From Thermoplasmata archaeon (GTDB lineage: Archaea > Thermoplasmatota > SW-10-69-26 > JACQPN01 > JAJPHT01), in NCBI GenBank assembly GCA_034667685.1, contig JAXDQU010000106.1, forward strand, positions 32,001 to 96,000: a DNA stretch of 64,000 bases. Reading direction: 5' to 3'. The stretch's first letter is position 1; each line of letters begins with the position of its first letter. The notes under the pieces were generated by a model. It saw only the letters and a list, made by a program, of their open reading frames with translations. It did no database searches and was not told where the DNA came from. Of the stretch, positions 26,483 to 36,980 are shown piece after piece. The translations under genes and the position numbers were made by a program.

Positions 26483-27625
26483 TCAGATGTTGATCCCGAC
26501 GTCGGCGTTCACGTAGCCGAAGGACGCGTGGACGACCGTCGCGGCGGGAGGCTTCGTCTTGTCGAATTGCGCTCCTTCGCGGGACACCGTGATGACCACC
26601 TTGCCCGCGCTGTCCGTCTTGTCGGTTGTGGACTTGTACGTCCAGCTCAGGAAGGGGTCGCTCAGCGTGATGTCGATGGACTTGCCCGCGAGCGCCGTGC
26701 TGTCCACCTTCAGGAGCGTGAGGGTGACGTCCACGGCGCGCCCCGTGGGGTCGGGGGGCGACCCTCCAGGGGGCGTAGCGGGGACCACGTCCACGCGGGG
26801 TCCCGCGGTCAGCTTCAGCGAGGGGCCCTTCTGCACGATGACCGGCTTAGGAATCTGCATGTCGGGGCGCGGCTCCAACGTCGCGTCGAGATGCATGGAG
26901 CCCGCGGCCTGATCCGTGGACGTGCTCGAATCGCCGGATGCCGCGTAGGAGCCGAAGCTGTAACCGATGCTCCCCGACGCGCCCACGCCGTGCAGGCGGC
27001 TGTACGTGGCGGCCGCGCCCACCGAGAAGCCTTGGCTTTTCCCTTGGACGTTGAACCCGTTGGCGGTGTTGAACTCCGAGACCTTCATGTCGGCCGAGAT
27101 GTGGACGGACTTCCACAAGTAGGCGGGCGGCGTGATGTAGTTGATCAGCGGGAGCTTCATCACAACGGGGTGTCCGTCCACCAGCTGGCCATCGTCGTCG
27201 AGCTTCTGCTCGAAGACCGCGATGACGTCGATCATCTGCTGCGAGAGCGCCGAGGCCGTGACGACGAGGCCTGCGTCGAGCTGGGCCTGCGCTTCCGCGA
27301 CGGCATCGCCAACCTTGCTCACGAGCAGACCGAACGCCGGTCCCCCTCGGGCGAGCTCGTCGGTGATGTCAGCATCCGGAGCGACCACGGGCGTCACGCC
27401 CATCTTCGCTTCGCCGACGTGCAATGCCGTGGGGTGCCCGGTCCCGCCTGCCGTGAGGGCCCCCTGCCGGAGATCGCGAGCGTCCTGCTGCGCGAGGCGG
27501 ATGGCCCGGAGCTGCGCGGCCTGGGCGGCGTCGATGGCTTCCTGAACGTCCTTGGAGATGGGCGCCTTTCGCTGGCTGGCGTTCGACGATTCGTGCTTGC
27601 TCTTCTTGACGTGCGTGAGTGCCAC
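26483..27625 (-). CDS. DUF2589-like protein with long beta-hairpin and C-terminal Ig-like domain
   Basis: GGAGGT SD before GTG 27625; PAFGLLVSKVGDAVAEAQAQLD...LPLINYITPP...VHISADMKV; C-terminal LAGKSIDIT...TDSAGKVVITV. Confidence 0.65.
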   Translation of the reverse strand: MALTHVKKSKHESSNASQRKAPISKDVQEAIDAAQAAQLRAIRLAQQDARDLRQGALTAGGTGHPTALHVGEAKMGVTPVVAPDADITDELARGGPAFGLLVSKVGDAVAEAQAQLDAGLVVTASALSQQMIDVIAVFEQKLDDDGQLVDGHPVVMKLPLINYITPPAYLWKSVHISADMKVSEFNTANGFNVQGKSQGFSVGAAATYSRLHGVGASGSIGYSFGSYAASGDSSTSTDQAAGSMHLDATLEPRPDMQIPKPVIVQKGPSLKLTAGPRVDVVPATPPGGSPPDPTGRAVDVTLTLLKVDSTALAGKSIDITLSDPFLSWTYKSTTDKTDSAGKVVITVSREGAQFDKTKPPAATVVHASFGYVNADVGINI

Positions 27626-27811
27626 GTGATCAGACCTCCGGGCTCGCGAGGAGAAAGGATGTGATACCATTCCTCGCCGCGAGTCCGGTATGCGTGGACC
27701 TATGGGCTCCTCGGGTTTACGCCTTGCAGCGTCCATACGGTTGCTATAGGCGTTCCGAGCGGCAACGCCGACCATGCAAGGCCGAAAGCAGGGTCTCCGC
27801 GCGAAGGCGCG

Positions 27812-28849
27812 TTACAAGCGCTTCTGCGCGACGAAAAGCTCCGCACCCAGCACGTTGGACCCGGCCGCGCCGCGGATCGTGTTGGACCCGCTCGCGATCC
27901 AGCGCAGGTCTAGCACGTTGTCGGGCCGGATGCGCCCCACGCTCACGGCCATGCCCTTCTCCGCATACACGTCCTTGCGCGGCTGCGGCCGGTCGGGCTC
28001 GCTGCGCACGTGGAGCGGGCGCAGCGGCGCGCTGGGCAGCTTGAGCTTCTGCGGCGCGCCCTGCCACGTCGCCATGACCTCCGCGGCTTCCTCGGGTGTG
28101 GGCTTGCTGCGGAACTGCGCGGTGATCGCGACGGTGTGCCCCTCCTGCACGGGGACGCGGACGCACGTCGCGCTCACGCCGATCTCGGCGAGCTTGACGC
28201 CCTCCGGCGCGACGGCGCCGAGGAACTTGCGCGTCTCCTTCTCCATCTTCTCTTCTTCGCCGCCGATGTGCGGGATCACGTTGTTCATGATCGCCAGCGA
28301 CGGAACGCCAGGATAACCGGCGCCGCTGACGGCCTGGTACGTCGCGAAGAAGACCTTCTCCAGGCCGAACACGTCGTGAAGCGGCTTGAGGCTCATCAGC
28401 GCGGTGATGGTGCTGCAGTTGCCGTTGGTGACGATCTTGCCGCGCGTCTTCTGGCGTTCGACCAGCGCGAGGTGGTCCGGGTTGACCTCGGGCAGGAGGA
28501 GCGGCACGTCGGCGTCCCAGCGGTGGTCGCGGGCGTTGCTGAAGACGTGGATCCCGCGCTCGGCGAGCGAGGTCTCGATCGGCCCTGCCTTGCCTCCGGG
28601 AATGGCGCTGAAGACGAGGTCGACGTCGAGGTCGTCCGCGGGCGTCTTGACGCGCATGTCGCGCACCGATGCCGGCATCGGATCGTCGACGACCCACGTG
28701 GCGGCGTCCTTGTAGAGCTTGCCGGCGCTCCGCTCGGAGGCGACGAGCTCGGTGACGCGGAACCAGGGGTGGTTGTCGAGGAGCATGGCGAATCGCTGGC
28801 CCACCATGCCGGTGGCGCCGAGGATGCCGACTTTCACGGTCTGGGTCAT
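27812..28849 (-). CDS. asd: Aspartate-semialdehyde dehydrogenase
   Basis: [53 protein letters not shown]. Confidence 0.95.
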   Translation of the reverse strand: MTQTVKVGILGATGMVGQRFAMLLDNHPWFRVTELVASERSAGKLYKDAATWVVDDPMPASVRDMRVKTPADDLDVDLVFSAIPGGKAGPIETSLAERGIHVFSNARDHRWDADVPLLLPEVNPDHLALVERQKTRGKIVTNGNCSTITALMSLKPLHDVFGLEKVFFATYQAVSGAGYPGVPSLAIMNNVIPHIGGEEEKMEKETRKFLGAVAPEGVKLAEIGVSATCVRVPVQEGHTVAITAQFRSKPTPEEAAEVMATWQGAPQKLKLPSAPLRPLHVRSEPDRPQPRKDVYAEKGMAVSVGRIRPDNVLDLRWIASGSNTIRGAAGSNVLGAELFVAQKRL

Positions 28850-30243
28850 GACGGATTCTCCTTGGGCGCCGGGCGTTCGAAGAGGAACTCGTGGTGGATG
28901 GCGCGCACGCAGGCGTCTCGGTCCTTGCGCTTGACGACGAAGTTGAGCGCGATGTCGGACGCGCCCACCGAGATCATCTCGATGTTGACGCCCGCCTTGC
29001 CCACGGCGGTGAAGATCTTGCCGGCGGTGCCCTGCGAGCTGCCGATGCCGCGGCCCACGACGCAGATCAGCGTCATGTCGGTGATGCCCTCGACGCTCTG
29101 GATGGTGCCCTCGCGGATCGACTCCAGCGCCTTGAGGCCGCGGTCGAGGTCCTGCTCCTCGATGAGCAGGGCGAAGCTGGCCTGGCTCGCGGCCATGTTG
29201 TAGACGTTGACCTTGGCCTTGGCGAGCGCGTCGAACACCTTCTGGCCGATGCCCGGCGTGTACGCCATGCCGGGGCCGTAGATCTTCAGGATCGCGAGGC
29301 TGTCCTTGGTGGCCGCGCTGCGCAGCGCGTCGCGGCGCATCGAGGCGACGCCGGTGATCAGGGTGCCCTGGACGTCGGGCTGCTGCGTGTTGCGCACGAG
29401 GATCGGGATGTGGTGGTCCTTGAGCGGCTCGACCGTGCGCGGGTGGAGGACCTTCGCGCCCACACCCGCAAGCTCCGCCGCCTCCTCGTAGGTCATCTCG
29501 GCGATGGGCTGCGCGTCCTTGAGGATGCGCGGGTCGGCGGTGAGGAAGCCGTCGACGTCCTTCCAGACCTCGAGGCGCTGCGCGCGCAGGGCGGCCGCGA
29601 CGATGGCGGCGGCGTAGTCGCTCCCGCCGCGGCCGAAGGTGGTGACGCGGCCCACGGCGTCGCAGCCGAAGAAGCCCGTGAGCACCGGCGTGACGCCTTC
29701 GCGCAGGCGGCCCACGAGCGAGCGTTCGAGGTTGCGCTCGATGGCGCTCATGATGGGCGTCGCGTTGCCGAAGACGCCGTCGGTGAGCATGCCCGCCTCG
29801 TCCGCGTCGAGCGCTTCGGCGGGGACGCCGCGGCTGCGCAGGACGCCCGCGAGCAGGCGCACGCTCATGCGCTCGCCGAACGAGACGGCGAGGTCCTTCG
29901 TCTTGGCCGTGAGCTCCTCGGTGTACGCGATGCCGTAGAGCAGGCGCTCGAAACGTTGCAGCAGCGCGTCCATCTCCTGCGTGACGCGGAGCGTCTCGGG
30001 CTCCGTGGCGCCGGCCTCCTGCAGCGCGCCCAGGTGCTTGCCGAGCATCTCGCGCAGGAAGGGCTCGATCGCCCCCTCGTCGCGCTGCACGCGCGGGAGG
30101 ACGTTGAGGATCGCGTCGGTGACGCCGGCCATCGCGGAGATGACGACGACGCGCTCGGGCGGCGCCTGGCCCACGATGTCGCTGACGCGGACGAGCATCT
30201 TGCCCGACCCGACGCTCGTGCCGCCGAACTTCATCACGATCAA
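28846..30243 (-). CDS. lysC: Aspartate kinase with two ACT domains
   Basis: [47 protein letters not shown]. Confidence 0.95.
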   Translation of the reverse strand: MIVMKFGGTSVGSGKMLVRVSDIVGQAPPERVVVISAMAGVTDAILNVLPRVQRDEGAIEPFLREMLGKHLGALQEAGATEPETLRVTQEMDALLQRFERLLYGIAYTEELTAKTKDLAVSFGERMSVRLLAGVLRSRGVPAEALDADEAGMLTDGVFGNATPIMSAIERNLERSLVGRLREGVTPVLTGFFGCDAVGRVTTFGRGGSDYAAAIVAAALRAQRLEVWKDVDGFLTADPRILKDAQPIAEMTYEEAAELAGVGAKVLHPRTVEPLKDHHIPILVRNTQQPDVQGTLITGVASMRRDALRSAATKDSLAILKIYGPGMAYTPGIGQKVFDALAKAKVNVYNMAASQASFALLIEEQDLDRGLKALESIREGTIQSVEGITDMTLICVVGRGIGSSQGTAGKIFTAVGKAGVNIEMISVGASDIALNFVVKRKDRDACVRAIHHEFLFERPAPKENPS

Positions 30244-31322
30244 TCGTACCACTCCTGGACCTGCGCCATGTAGGCGCGGAACGCCTGGCGGTCGGGCACC
30301 GCGGCCTCCAACGCATCAAGGCTTCGCCGGAGCCGCGCGAGCACCTCCGCGGTGTGCGGATTGAGGCGCTGGATCTCGTGGTAGAGGTCCTTGTTCTCGT
30401 GGGCGACCTCGCGGCTCACGGCGACCTGCTTCTGGAACGTGGGGCCGCCCAGGCCCCGGACCTGCTCGAAGGAAATCGGCTGCGAGGCGAGCGCGTGGCC
30501 GAACGCGAGCGCGACGGCGTGCGGAAGCCCGAGCACGAGCCCCATGTAGCGGTCGTGCTCCTCCAGGCCCATCTCGACGACGTGCGCCGCGGTGTGCGCG
30601 AAGAGGTCGCGCGCCGCGCGCGCCGCCTCCGCGTTCCCGCAGTCGCACACGACGAGGTTGCGCCCCGCGAGCAGGTCGGCGCCCGGGCCCCACATGGGAT
30701 GGAGGCTCGCGACGCGCGTGCCGGAGGCGGCGAGCGCCCGCAGGGCGTCGGCGTGGGGCGCCTTGAGGCTCGCGATGTCCACGACGAGGCCGCGCGTCTT
30801 GCCCTGGAGCGCGCGCAGGGCGTCCGCGGTCGCGCTGGGCGGCGTGGCGAGGAGCACGAGGTCGTAGTCCTTCGCGGCGCTGGCGAAGTCCGGGACATGC
30901 TTGCGCCCGGGCGGCGCGCCGCGCGGGTCGGCGACGGCGACCTCGTGCCCCATGCTCTCGAGGAACTCGACGAACCAGCGCCCCATGTTGCCCGCGCCGC
31001 CCACCACGAGCGCCTTGCCCGCGTGGCCGTCGGCCTTGACGCGGCCGGCGCGGTCCTTCTCCTGCACGCGGAGGCTCTCGCGGATCTCCAGCTTGAGCAG
31101 CTCCTCGGCGACGTTGGGATCGACGCGCAGCGCGCTTGCGGCCTCGCGCACGAGGCGGATGGCCTCGGCCTCCACCACGTAGTTGCGCACGGGCTGGTGC
31201 GCCGCGGCCTTGATATCACCGACACGCCGCGCGAGGTCGAGCCGGCGGGCGGTCATCTCGACGAGGGCGCGGTCGATGGCGCGGATCTCGTCGCGCAGCT
31301 TCGCCAATTCCTCTTCGCTCAG
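30240..31322 (-). CDS. tyrA: Chorismate mutase - prephenate dehydrogenase fusion
   Basis: LRDEIRAID...RRLDLARRVGDIK; VVGGAGNMG, DIASLK, SLHPMWGP, EEHD; start probably CTG 31322 or TTG 31307. Confidence 0.9.
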   Translation of the reverse strand: MSEEELAKLRDEIRAIDRALVEMTARRLDLARRVGDIKAAAHQPVRNYVVEAEAIRLVREAASALRVDPNVAEELLKLEIRESLRVQEKDRAGRVKADGHAGKALVVGGAGNMGRWFVEFLESMGHEVAVADPRGAPPGRKHVPDFASAAKDYDLVLLATPPSATADALRALQGKTRGLVVDIASLKAPHADALRALAASGTRVASLHPMWGPGADLLAGRNLVVCDCGNAEAARAARDLFAHTAAHVVEMGLEEHDRYMGLVLGLPHAVALAFGHALASQPISFEQVRGLGGPTFQKQVAVSREVAHENKDLYHEIQRLNPHTAEVLARLRRSLDALEAAVPDRQAFRAYMAQVQEWYD

Positions 31323-32392
31323 GGGCGCGCCTCCAGGAGCAGGTCGAGGAGCACGCACGCGGCGAGGCTCTCGACCACGGGGACGGCGCGCGGCACGATG
31401 CAGGGATCGTGGCGCCCCTTCACCTTCAGGTCGGCGGGCTGGCCCGTGGCGAGGTCCACCGTGCGCTGGGTCAGCGGGATGCTGCTCGTGGGCTTGAACG
31501 CCGCGCGGAAGCGAAGCGGCATGCCCGTCGTCATGCCCCCGAGCGCCCCGCCGTTGTGGTTTGCCTTGGTCGCGACGCGGCCCTCGCGCATCTCCCATTC
31601 GTCGCGCGCCTCGCTGCCGCGCATGCTGGCGAGGCGGAAGCCGTCGCCGAACTCGACGCCTTTGACTGCGGGCACCGCAAAGAGGGCATGGGATAGCATC
31701 GACTCGACGCTGTCCATCAGCGGATCGCCGATCCCCGCGGGCAAGCCTTCGGCGACGCATTCGACGACGCCACCCACGGAATCGCCGGCCTTGCGCGCGG
31801 CCTCGACGGCGTCGACCATGTCCTGCGCGGTGCCGTAGACGGCGCAACGGGCGGGGGTGGCTTCGACGCCCTTGCGGATCTCGGCGACGTCGAGCTGCGC
31901 GTCGGTCCAGACGTGGCCGATTCGAACCGAGTGGGCCGCGATCTCGGCGCCGCGGGTCGATAGCACTTTGGCGGCGAGGCTGCCGGCCATCGTCCACGCG
32001 GCGGTGAGGCGCCCGCTGAAGATGCCGCTGCCGCGCGGGTCGTTGTGGTTTTGATAGCGCACGCCCGCGGGATAGTCGGCGTGGCCGGGGCGCGGCGTGC
32101 GGCGCAGGTCGGCGTAGTCCTGGCTTCGGGGGTCCTCGTTCGCGATCTCCATGAGGATCGGCGCGCCGGTGGTCTTGCCTTCGAAGACGCCGCTGCGGAT
32201 CTTCACGCGGTCCGCCTCCTGGCGCTGCGTGGTAAGGAGGCTCTGGCCGGGGCGGCGGCGGTCCATCTGGGGCTGGACGTCGGCCTCGCTGAACGGGACG
32301 CCGGGGGGCGCGCCGTCGACGACGACGCCCACCATCTCGCCGTGGCTCTCGCCGAGGACCGTGAGGCGGTAGCGGCGGCCGATCGTGTTCAT
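31319..32392 (-). CDS. aroC: Chorismate synthase
   Basis: GESHG, RRRPG, PRPGHAD, FKPTSSI, GRHDPCI. Confidence 0.95.
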   Translation of the reverse strand: MNTIGRRYRLTVLGESHGEMVGVVVDGAPPGVPFSEADVQPQMDRRRPGQSLLTTQRQEADRVKIRSGVFEGKTTGAPILMEIANEDPRSQDYADLRRTPRPGHADYPAGVRYQNHNDPRGSGIFSGRLTAAWTMAGSLAAKVLSTRGAEIAAHSVRIGHVWTDAQLDVAEIRKGVEATPARCAVYGTAQDMVDAVEAARKAGDSVGGVVECVAEGLPAGIGDPLMDSVESMLSHALFAVPAVKGVEFGDGFRLASMRGSEARDEWEMREGRVATKANHNGGALGGMTTGMPLRFRAAFKPTSSIPLTQRTVDLATGQPADLKVKGRHDPCIVPRAVPVVESLAACVLLDLLLEARP

Positions 32393-33639
32393 GATATCAC
32401 CTGGAGGCTGGCGCCGAGGCGCTGGAAGTCGGTCAGGAAGGCGGGATAGCTGACGGCGTGCGCCTCGTGGTCGTCCAGCACGAGCGGGCCCTGCGCGGCG
32501 AGGCCGCAGACGGCGAGCGCCATCTCGACGCGGTGGTCGCCTTCCGTGACGAGGCCGCCCGCGCCGTGGACCGGGCCGCCGCGGATGATGGCGCCATCCT
32601 CGCGCTCGCGGGCGTCGACGCCCAGGCGCTGCAGGTTCGTCACCATCGCGCGGATGCGGTCGCTCTCCTTGAAGCGCAGGTGCGCCGCGCCGGATAGCAC
32701 CGTCTCGCCCTGCGCATGGGCCGCGATCGCGCAGAGGATGGGGAAGAGGTCGGGCGTGTCGCTGAGATCGGCTTCGATCCCACGCAGCGGCGCCTTCGCG
32801 ACCGTGACGCTCCGGCCGCGCGCCGCGACCCTGGCGCCGAAGCGCCGCAGCAGCTCCACGATGGCCCGGTCGCCCTGCGCGGTGCGCTCGGGCAGGTTCT
32901 CCACCGTGACCTCGCCCGCAAGCGCGCCCGCCGCGAGCGGAAAGGCCGCGGTGCTGAAGTCGCCCGGCACCGGGTAGTCGCGCGCGCGGTAGCTCTGACC
33001 GCCGGGCACCGCGAGCCCATCCACGCGCGCCCCGAAGTCGCGCATCATCTCCCGGGTGATATCAACGTACGGCTCGCTCTTGAGCGCGCCCTCGATCTCC
33101 ACCGTGACGCCCTGCGGCGTCCGGGCGCCGGCGAGGAGCAACGCGCTCACGAACTGGCTCGACACATCGCCGGGAAGACGCGCGCGTCCCCCCTGGAGCG
33201 GCCCGCGGATGGCGAGCGGCGCATTGCCCTCGGCGCTCGTCGTCTTGGCGCCCAGCGACTCCAGCGCCGCGAGGAGCGGGCCCATCGGACGCTTGCGCAG
33301 CGAGGCGTCGCCCGTGAGCCGGACTTCCGCGCCCGAGAGCGCGACGATCGCGCTGAGCAGCCGCAGCGTCGTCCCGCTGTTGAGGCAATCGATCGTCTCG
33401 CGGGGCGCGCGCACGACGCCGTCGCTCGTGATCCGGATCGCCTCGCCGCGCTCGACCGTGGCGCCGAGCATCTCGACCGCCTGGAGCGTGGCGCGCGGGT
33501 CCTCCGAGAGGAGCGCGTCGCGCACCGTGGTCGTGCCCTCGGCGAGCAGGCCCAGGAGGAGCGCGCGGTGCGTGTAGGACTTGGAGGGCGCGGCCTTGAC
33601 CGTGCCGTGGACCGACGAGGGCGAGACGCGGAGGCTCAT
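32389..33639 (-). CDS. aroA: EPSP synthase
   Basis: PSKSYTHR, NSGTTLR, RPM, SSQFVS, KESDR, DHR. Confidence 0.95.
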   Translation of the reverse strand: MSLRVSPSSVHGTVKAAPSKSYTHRALLLGLLAEGTTTVRDALLSEDPRATLQAVEMLGATVERGEAIRITSDGVVRAPRETIDCLNSGTTLRLLSAIVALSGAEVRLTGDASLRKRPMGPLLAALESLGAKTTSAEGNAPLAIRGPLQGGRARLPGDVSSQFVSALLLAGARTPQGVTVEIEGALKSEPYVDITREMMRDFGARVDGLAVPGGQSYRARDYPVPGDFSTAAFPLAAGALAGEVTVENLPERTAQGDRAIVELLRRFGARVAARGRSVTVAKAPLRGIEADLSDTPDLFPILCAIAAHAQGETVLSGAAHLRFKESDRIRAMVTNLQRLGVDAREREDGAIIRGGPVHGAGGLVTEGDHRVEMALAVCGLAAQGPLVLDDHEAHAVSYPAFLTDFQRLGASLQVIS

Positions 33640-34523
33640 GATAGCACCTCGGCGCGCGCGTTGGTGGGGCGCGTCAGGAGGACCTGCGCGTTGGGGGCGA
33701 GGCTCCGCAGCGCGCTCTCGACGGCCTTGGTGTCGGCCTCGCGCGCGACCGCCGCGAACGCGGGGCCCTTGCCCGAGACGCCCGCGGCGAGCGCGCCCGA
33801 CGCAAGCGCGGCGCGGGTCCACCCGGGAGACGTGCCGTAGAGCGCGCCGCAGACGAGGCCGTTCATCGTCATCGCATCCGCCCAACGCCCGACCCGCGCG
33901 AGCGTGTGCGCCTCCAGCGCGAGCGGCGCGAAGGGCGCGTAAGGCAGGTCCTTGACCGAGAGAGTAGGAGTCTTGGTGGAGGGAACTAGGAGGATAACAC
34001 GGAGCGACTCGTCCACGTCCTCGCGGTGGAGCACCTTCCGCTGGCGGTTGTCCGTCACGACGAGGCCCCCCTGCATGGAAGCGCTCGCATCGTCGAACGC
34101 GCCCGTGATCGTGACGCCCGCGTCGAGCGCGGCCTCGATGGCGGCGTCGAGCAACGCCGCGCGATCCAGCGCGCGCCCCTCGTAGAGCTGGAAGGCGCGG
34201 TTCGCGGCCAACACGATGGCATTGGCCGCCGCGCTGCTGGATTTCAGCCCGCGGGTCGCGGGGATCGTGCTGGTCGTCTCGACGCGACCGCCCCAATCCG
34301 GCTCGCCCAGGCGCGCGACGACGGCCTTGAGCGCGAGACGCGCCAGCATCGGGTCCTCCGCCTCCTCCCCGTCGATCACGACCTCGACCTCGGGCACGTC
34401 CTCGAGCAGCGTCACCTTGGCCTCCGTGCGCAGGTCCACCGCGAACGCCGCCCCCGCGTGGCCCGTGACGATGGCGTTGACGACGCTCACCGCGCCCTGG
34501 GCGAACGCGCGCGCCACGCTCAT
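33636..34523 (-). CDS. aroK: Archaeal (GHMP-family) shikimate kinase
   Basis: GAVSVVNAI, GLKSSSAAANA, TITGAFDDA, GVSGKGP. Confidence 0.93.
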   Translation of the reverse strand: MSVARAFAQGAVSVVNAIVTGHAGAAFAVDLRTEAKVTLLEDVPEVEVVIDGEEAEDPMLARLALKAVVARLGEPDWGGRVETTSTIPATRGLKSSSAAANAIVLAANRAFQLYEGRALDRAALLDAAIEAALDAGVTITGAFDDASASMQGGLVVTDNRQRKVLHREDVDESLRVILLVPSTKTPTLSVKDLPYAPFAPLALEAHTLARVGRWADAMTMNGLVCGALYGTSPGWTRAALASGALAAGVSGKGPAFAAVAREADTKAVESALRSLAPNAQVLLTRPTNARAEVLS

Positions 34524-35977
34524 GATAGCACGCTCCGCATCGCGTCGAGGGGCGCCTCGCGGCCCGTCCAGAGCTTGAACGCGCGCGCCCCCTGGTGCAG
34601 GAGCATCGCCCGCCCGTCCACCGCCACGAGACCGCGCGCGCGGGCCTCGCGGACCAGACGCGTGCCGCCCGGCCGGTAAACCGCATCGAGCAACGCCGCC
34701 CCGGACCCGAGACGCGCGACGTCGATCGGGCTTTCGTCCTGGTGGAGCCCCACCGTCGTGCAGTTCACGACGAGCGCAAAAGGAGCAGGGTCCGCGCCCC
34801 ACGGCAGCACGGCAAAGCCCAACGCCGCCGCCTTCTCGGCCGTCCGGTTGCTGACCGTCACGCGCGCCCCGGCGCCCGCCAACGCATGCGCCACGCCACG
34901 CGCCGCGCCCCCCGCGCCCAAAACGAGCGCACCGAGCCCGCGGACCGCGACACCCGCCTCGGCCAGCGCATCGAGCGCCCCCGCGCCATCCGTGTTGTGC
35001 GCCTCCACCTTGCCGTCGCGGAACACGAGCGCGTTGGCCGCGCCCGCCGCCCGCGCCTCCGGCGAGACGACGTCCACCAGGTCCAACGCCGCGACCTTGT
35101 GCGGCACCGTCAGGCTGACGCCCAAGGGCGGCGCGGCCCGAAAGCCCGCGATCGCCGCATCCAGGTTCTGCGGCGCGACGTCCAACGCAAGATAGCACGC
35201 ATCGAGACCGAGCGCGCGGAACGCCGCGTTGTGCATCGCGGGCGAAAGCGAATGCGAGACGGGATGGCCCACGACGTAGGCCGCGCGCGTCGCCGCGCCG
35301 AAGCTAGATCTGCTGAGATCTAGCTGGACCCGGCGCAGCGCGTCGAGGGGCACCTGCCCCGCGGTCGCGGCTGGCGCGCCGGGCACGCTGCCATACGCGA
35401 GCGCGAGGCCCAGCGCGGGCGCAAGCAGGCGCAGGAACGGATCGTTGACCGCCATGATCGCGCACGGGATCTTCTCCTGGCGGGCGCGTTGGGCGGCTTC
35501 GACGAGCGCGGCGGCGTCCTGCGGGCCCTGGACGAACGTGGCGATCTTGGCGACGTCGGCGCCCAGCGCGCGCATCTGACGCAGCGTGGCGAGGAGCGCG
35601 TCGGCGCTGGGCGTGCCGGCGAGGTCGTGCTGCGAGACGATCGCCTGGGCGTCCATGGCGTGGGCTTCGGCGACGAGGGCGCGCGCTTCGTCGTTGGCGA
35701 GCTCGACGTCGATCGCCTTGGCGCCGGCCCGGAGCGCGCGGCGGAGGATATCGTTCCGGGTCTTGTCGTCAGCATGGCTACGGCCGCCGTCGTCCGCGTG
35801 GCGCATGGTGGCGATGCAGGGCTTGGCGAAGCTGAAGAACGCGCGCAGGTCCCAGGGCAGGCCGCTGGGCCCGTCGAGGCGGATCTCGATCCAGTCGGCG
35901 TGGGCCTCGGCGGCCCGGGCGCGGGCGTAGAGCTCGTCGGGCGTCTCGCCGATGGCCGTCGCGACGAGGAGCGTCAT
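34520..35977 (-). CDS. aroDE: Type I 3-dehydroquinate dehydratase - shikimate dehydrogenase fusion
   Basis: EIRLD, IVSQHD, VAKIA, TAGQ; then GHPVSHSLSPAMHN, TVPHK, HNTD, LGAGGAAR, MLLHQG. Confidence 0.93.
   Translation of the reverse strand: MTLLVATAIGETPDELYARARAAEAHADWIEIRLDGPSGLPWDLRAFFSFAKPCIATMRHADDGGRSHADDKTRNDILRRALRAGAKAIDVELANDEARALVAEAHAMDAQAIVSQHDLAGTPSADALLATLRQMRALGADVAKIATFVQGPQDAAALVEAAQRARQEKIPCAIMAVNDPFLRLLAPALGLALAYGSVPGAPAATAGQVPLDALRRVQLDLSRSSFGAATRAAYVVGHPVSHSLSPAMHNAAFRALGLDACYLALDVAPQNLDAAIAGFRAAPPLGVSLTVPHKVAALDLVDVVSPEARAAGAANALVFRDGKVEAHNTDGAGALDALAEAGVAVRGLGALVLGAGGAARGVAHALAGAGARVTVSNRTAEKAAALGFAVLPWGADPAPFALVVNCTTVGLHQDESPIDVARLGSGAALLDAVYRPGGTRLVREARARGLVAVDGRAMLLHQGARAFKLWTGREAPLDAMRSVLS
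35303..35324. repeat. Palindrome GCTAGATCT-N4-AGATCTAGC, copy 1 (inside the AroD-AroE linker)
   Basis: gctagatct gctg agatctagc; same arms as 38491-38512. Confidence 0.7.
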
Positions 35978-35978
35978 G

Positions 35979-36980
35979 CTATCGCTCCGTGACCGTCTCG
36001 TCGACGCTCATGCCGAAGTGGCGGCCGCCCCGGTCGAGGCGCACGAGGATGATATCGCCTGGCGCGAGCGCGACGACGCTCTTGGTGCCTTGGGGGCCCA
36101 CGAGGCGGATGGTCTCGGCGTTCTGGACGAGGGTGGCGACGTGCTTGCCCTCGGGCGTCTGCGCCTCGATGAGCAGGAGGGGGCGGCGCTCGATCTTCAC
36201 GCGGCCCAGCACGACCTTGCGGGCGTGGCCGTCGCGTCCCACCGCGAGGACCTCGTCGCCGGCGCGCAGCTCGGAAAGATATCGCGTCCCGCCGCCCGGG
36301 ACGAGGCAGTAGGCGTGGACGGCGCCCGCGTTCACCCGGAACGGCCGCGCGGCGACGTAGCCGCTCTCGCGCGCCTCGGACGCGACGAGGAAGAGCGCGC
36401 CGCTCGCGTTGCCGCACAGGACACCCTCGTCCTCGGCCAGGAGGCTGGCGGTATCGAGGCAGGCGCGGTCGCCGGCGCCCACGGGGTGGATGCGCGTGAC
36501 GCGGGCCTCCACGAGGCTCTCTTGGGCGGCGGCCTTGAGCGCGTCGGCGGCCGCGCGCGCGTGCTTGGCCGGGAGGAGGACGACGTCGACGCCGCTCTCG
36601 AGCGTCTCCAGGAGCACCTTGGCGTCGGCGGCGTCGGCGGCGGTGGCGATCAGGCGCGTGCCCTGCCGGCGGTAGGCGGCGATGAGGTTCTCGTGCGGGA
36701 TCACGCGCCAGTCGCGCGCGTCGACGTGCACGGCCTCGTGCCGGCCGGCCATCTGGAGCGCGCGGGCCTGGTCGTCGGGCGTGCGGATCTCGACGCGCGG
36801 CGCGAGGAGCGCATCGCCTTCGCGCAGCCCCTGCTCGTCGAGGCGCAGCACGCGGACGCGCGCGAGGCCTTGCGGAAGCTCGCCCTGCGCGACGAAGGTG
36901 GTGAAGCCCGCCTCCAGCGCCTCGGTCATTGCCGCTTGGGGCGACTTGGCGGGGAGGAGGATCCAGACGCGCTCGATCAC
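35979..36980 (-). CDS. aroB': 3-dehydroquinate synthase II
   Basis: DWRVIPHENLIA, GDRACLDT, RPFRVNAGAVH, GRVKIERRP, QNAETIRL, GRHFG. Confidence 0.95.
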   Translation of the reverse strand: MIERVWILLPAKSPQAAMTEALEAGFTTFVAQGELPQGLARVRVLRLDEQGLREGDALLAPRVEIRTPDDQARALQMAGRHEAVHVDARDWRVIPHENLIAAYRRQGTRLIATAADAADAKVLLETLESGVDVVLLPAKHARAAADALKAAAQESLVEARVTRIHPVGAGDRACLDTASLLAEDEGVLCGNASGALFLVASEARESGYVAARPFRVNAGAVHAYCLVPGGGTRYLSELRAGDEVLAVGRDGHARKVVLGRVKIERRPLLLIEAQTPEGKHVATLVQNAETIRLVGPQGTKSVVALAPGDIILVRLDRGGRHFGMSVDETVTER

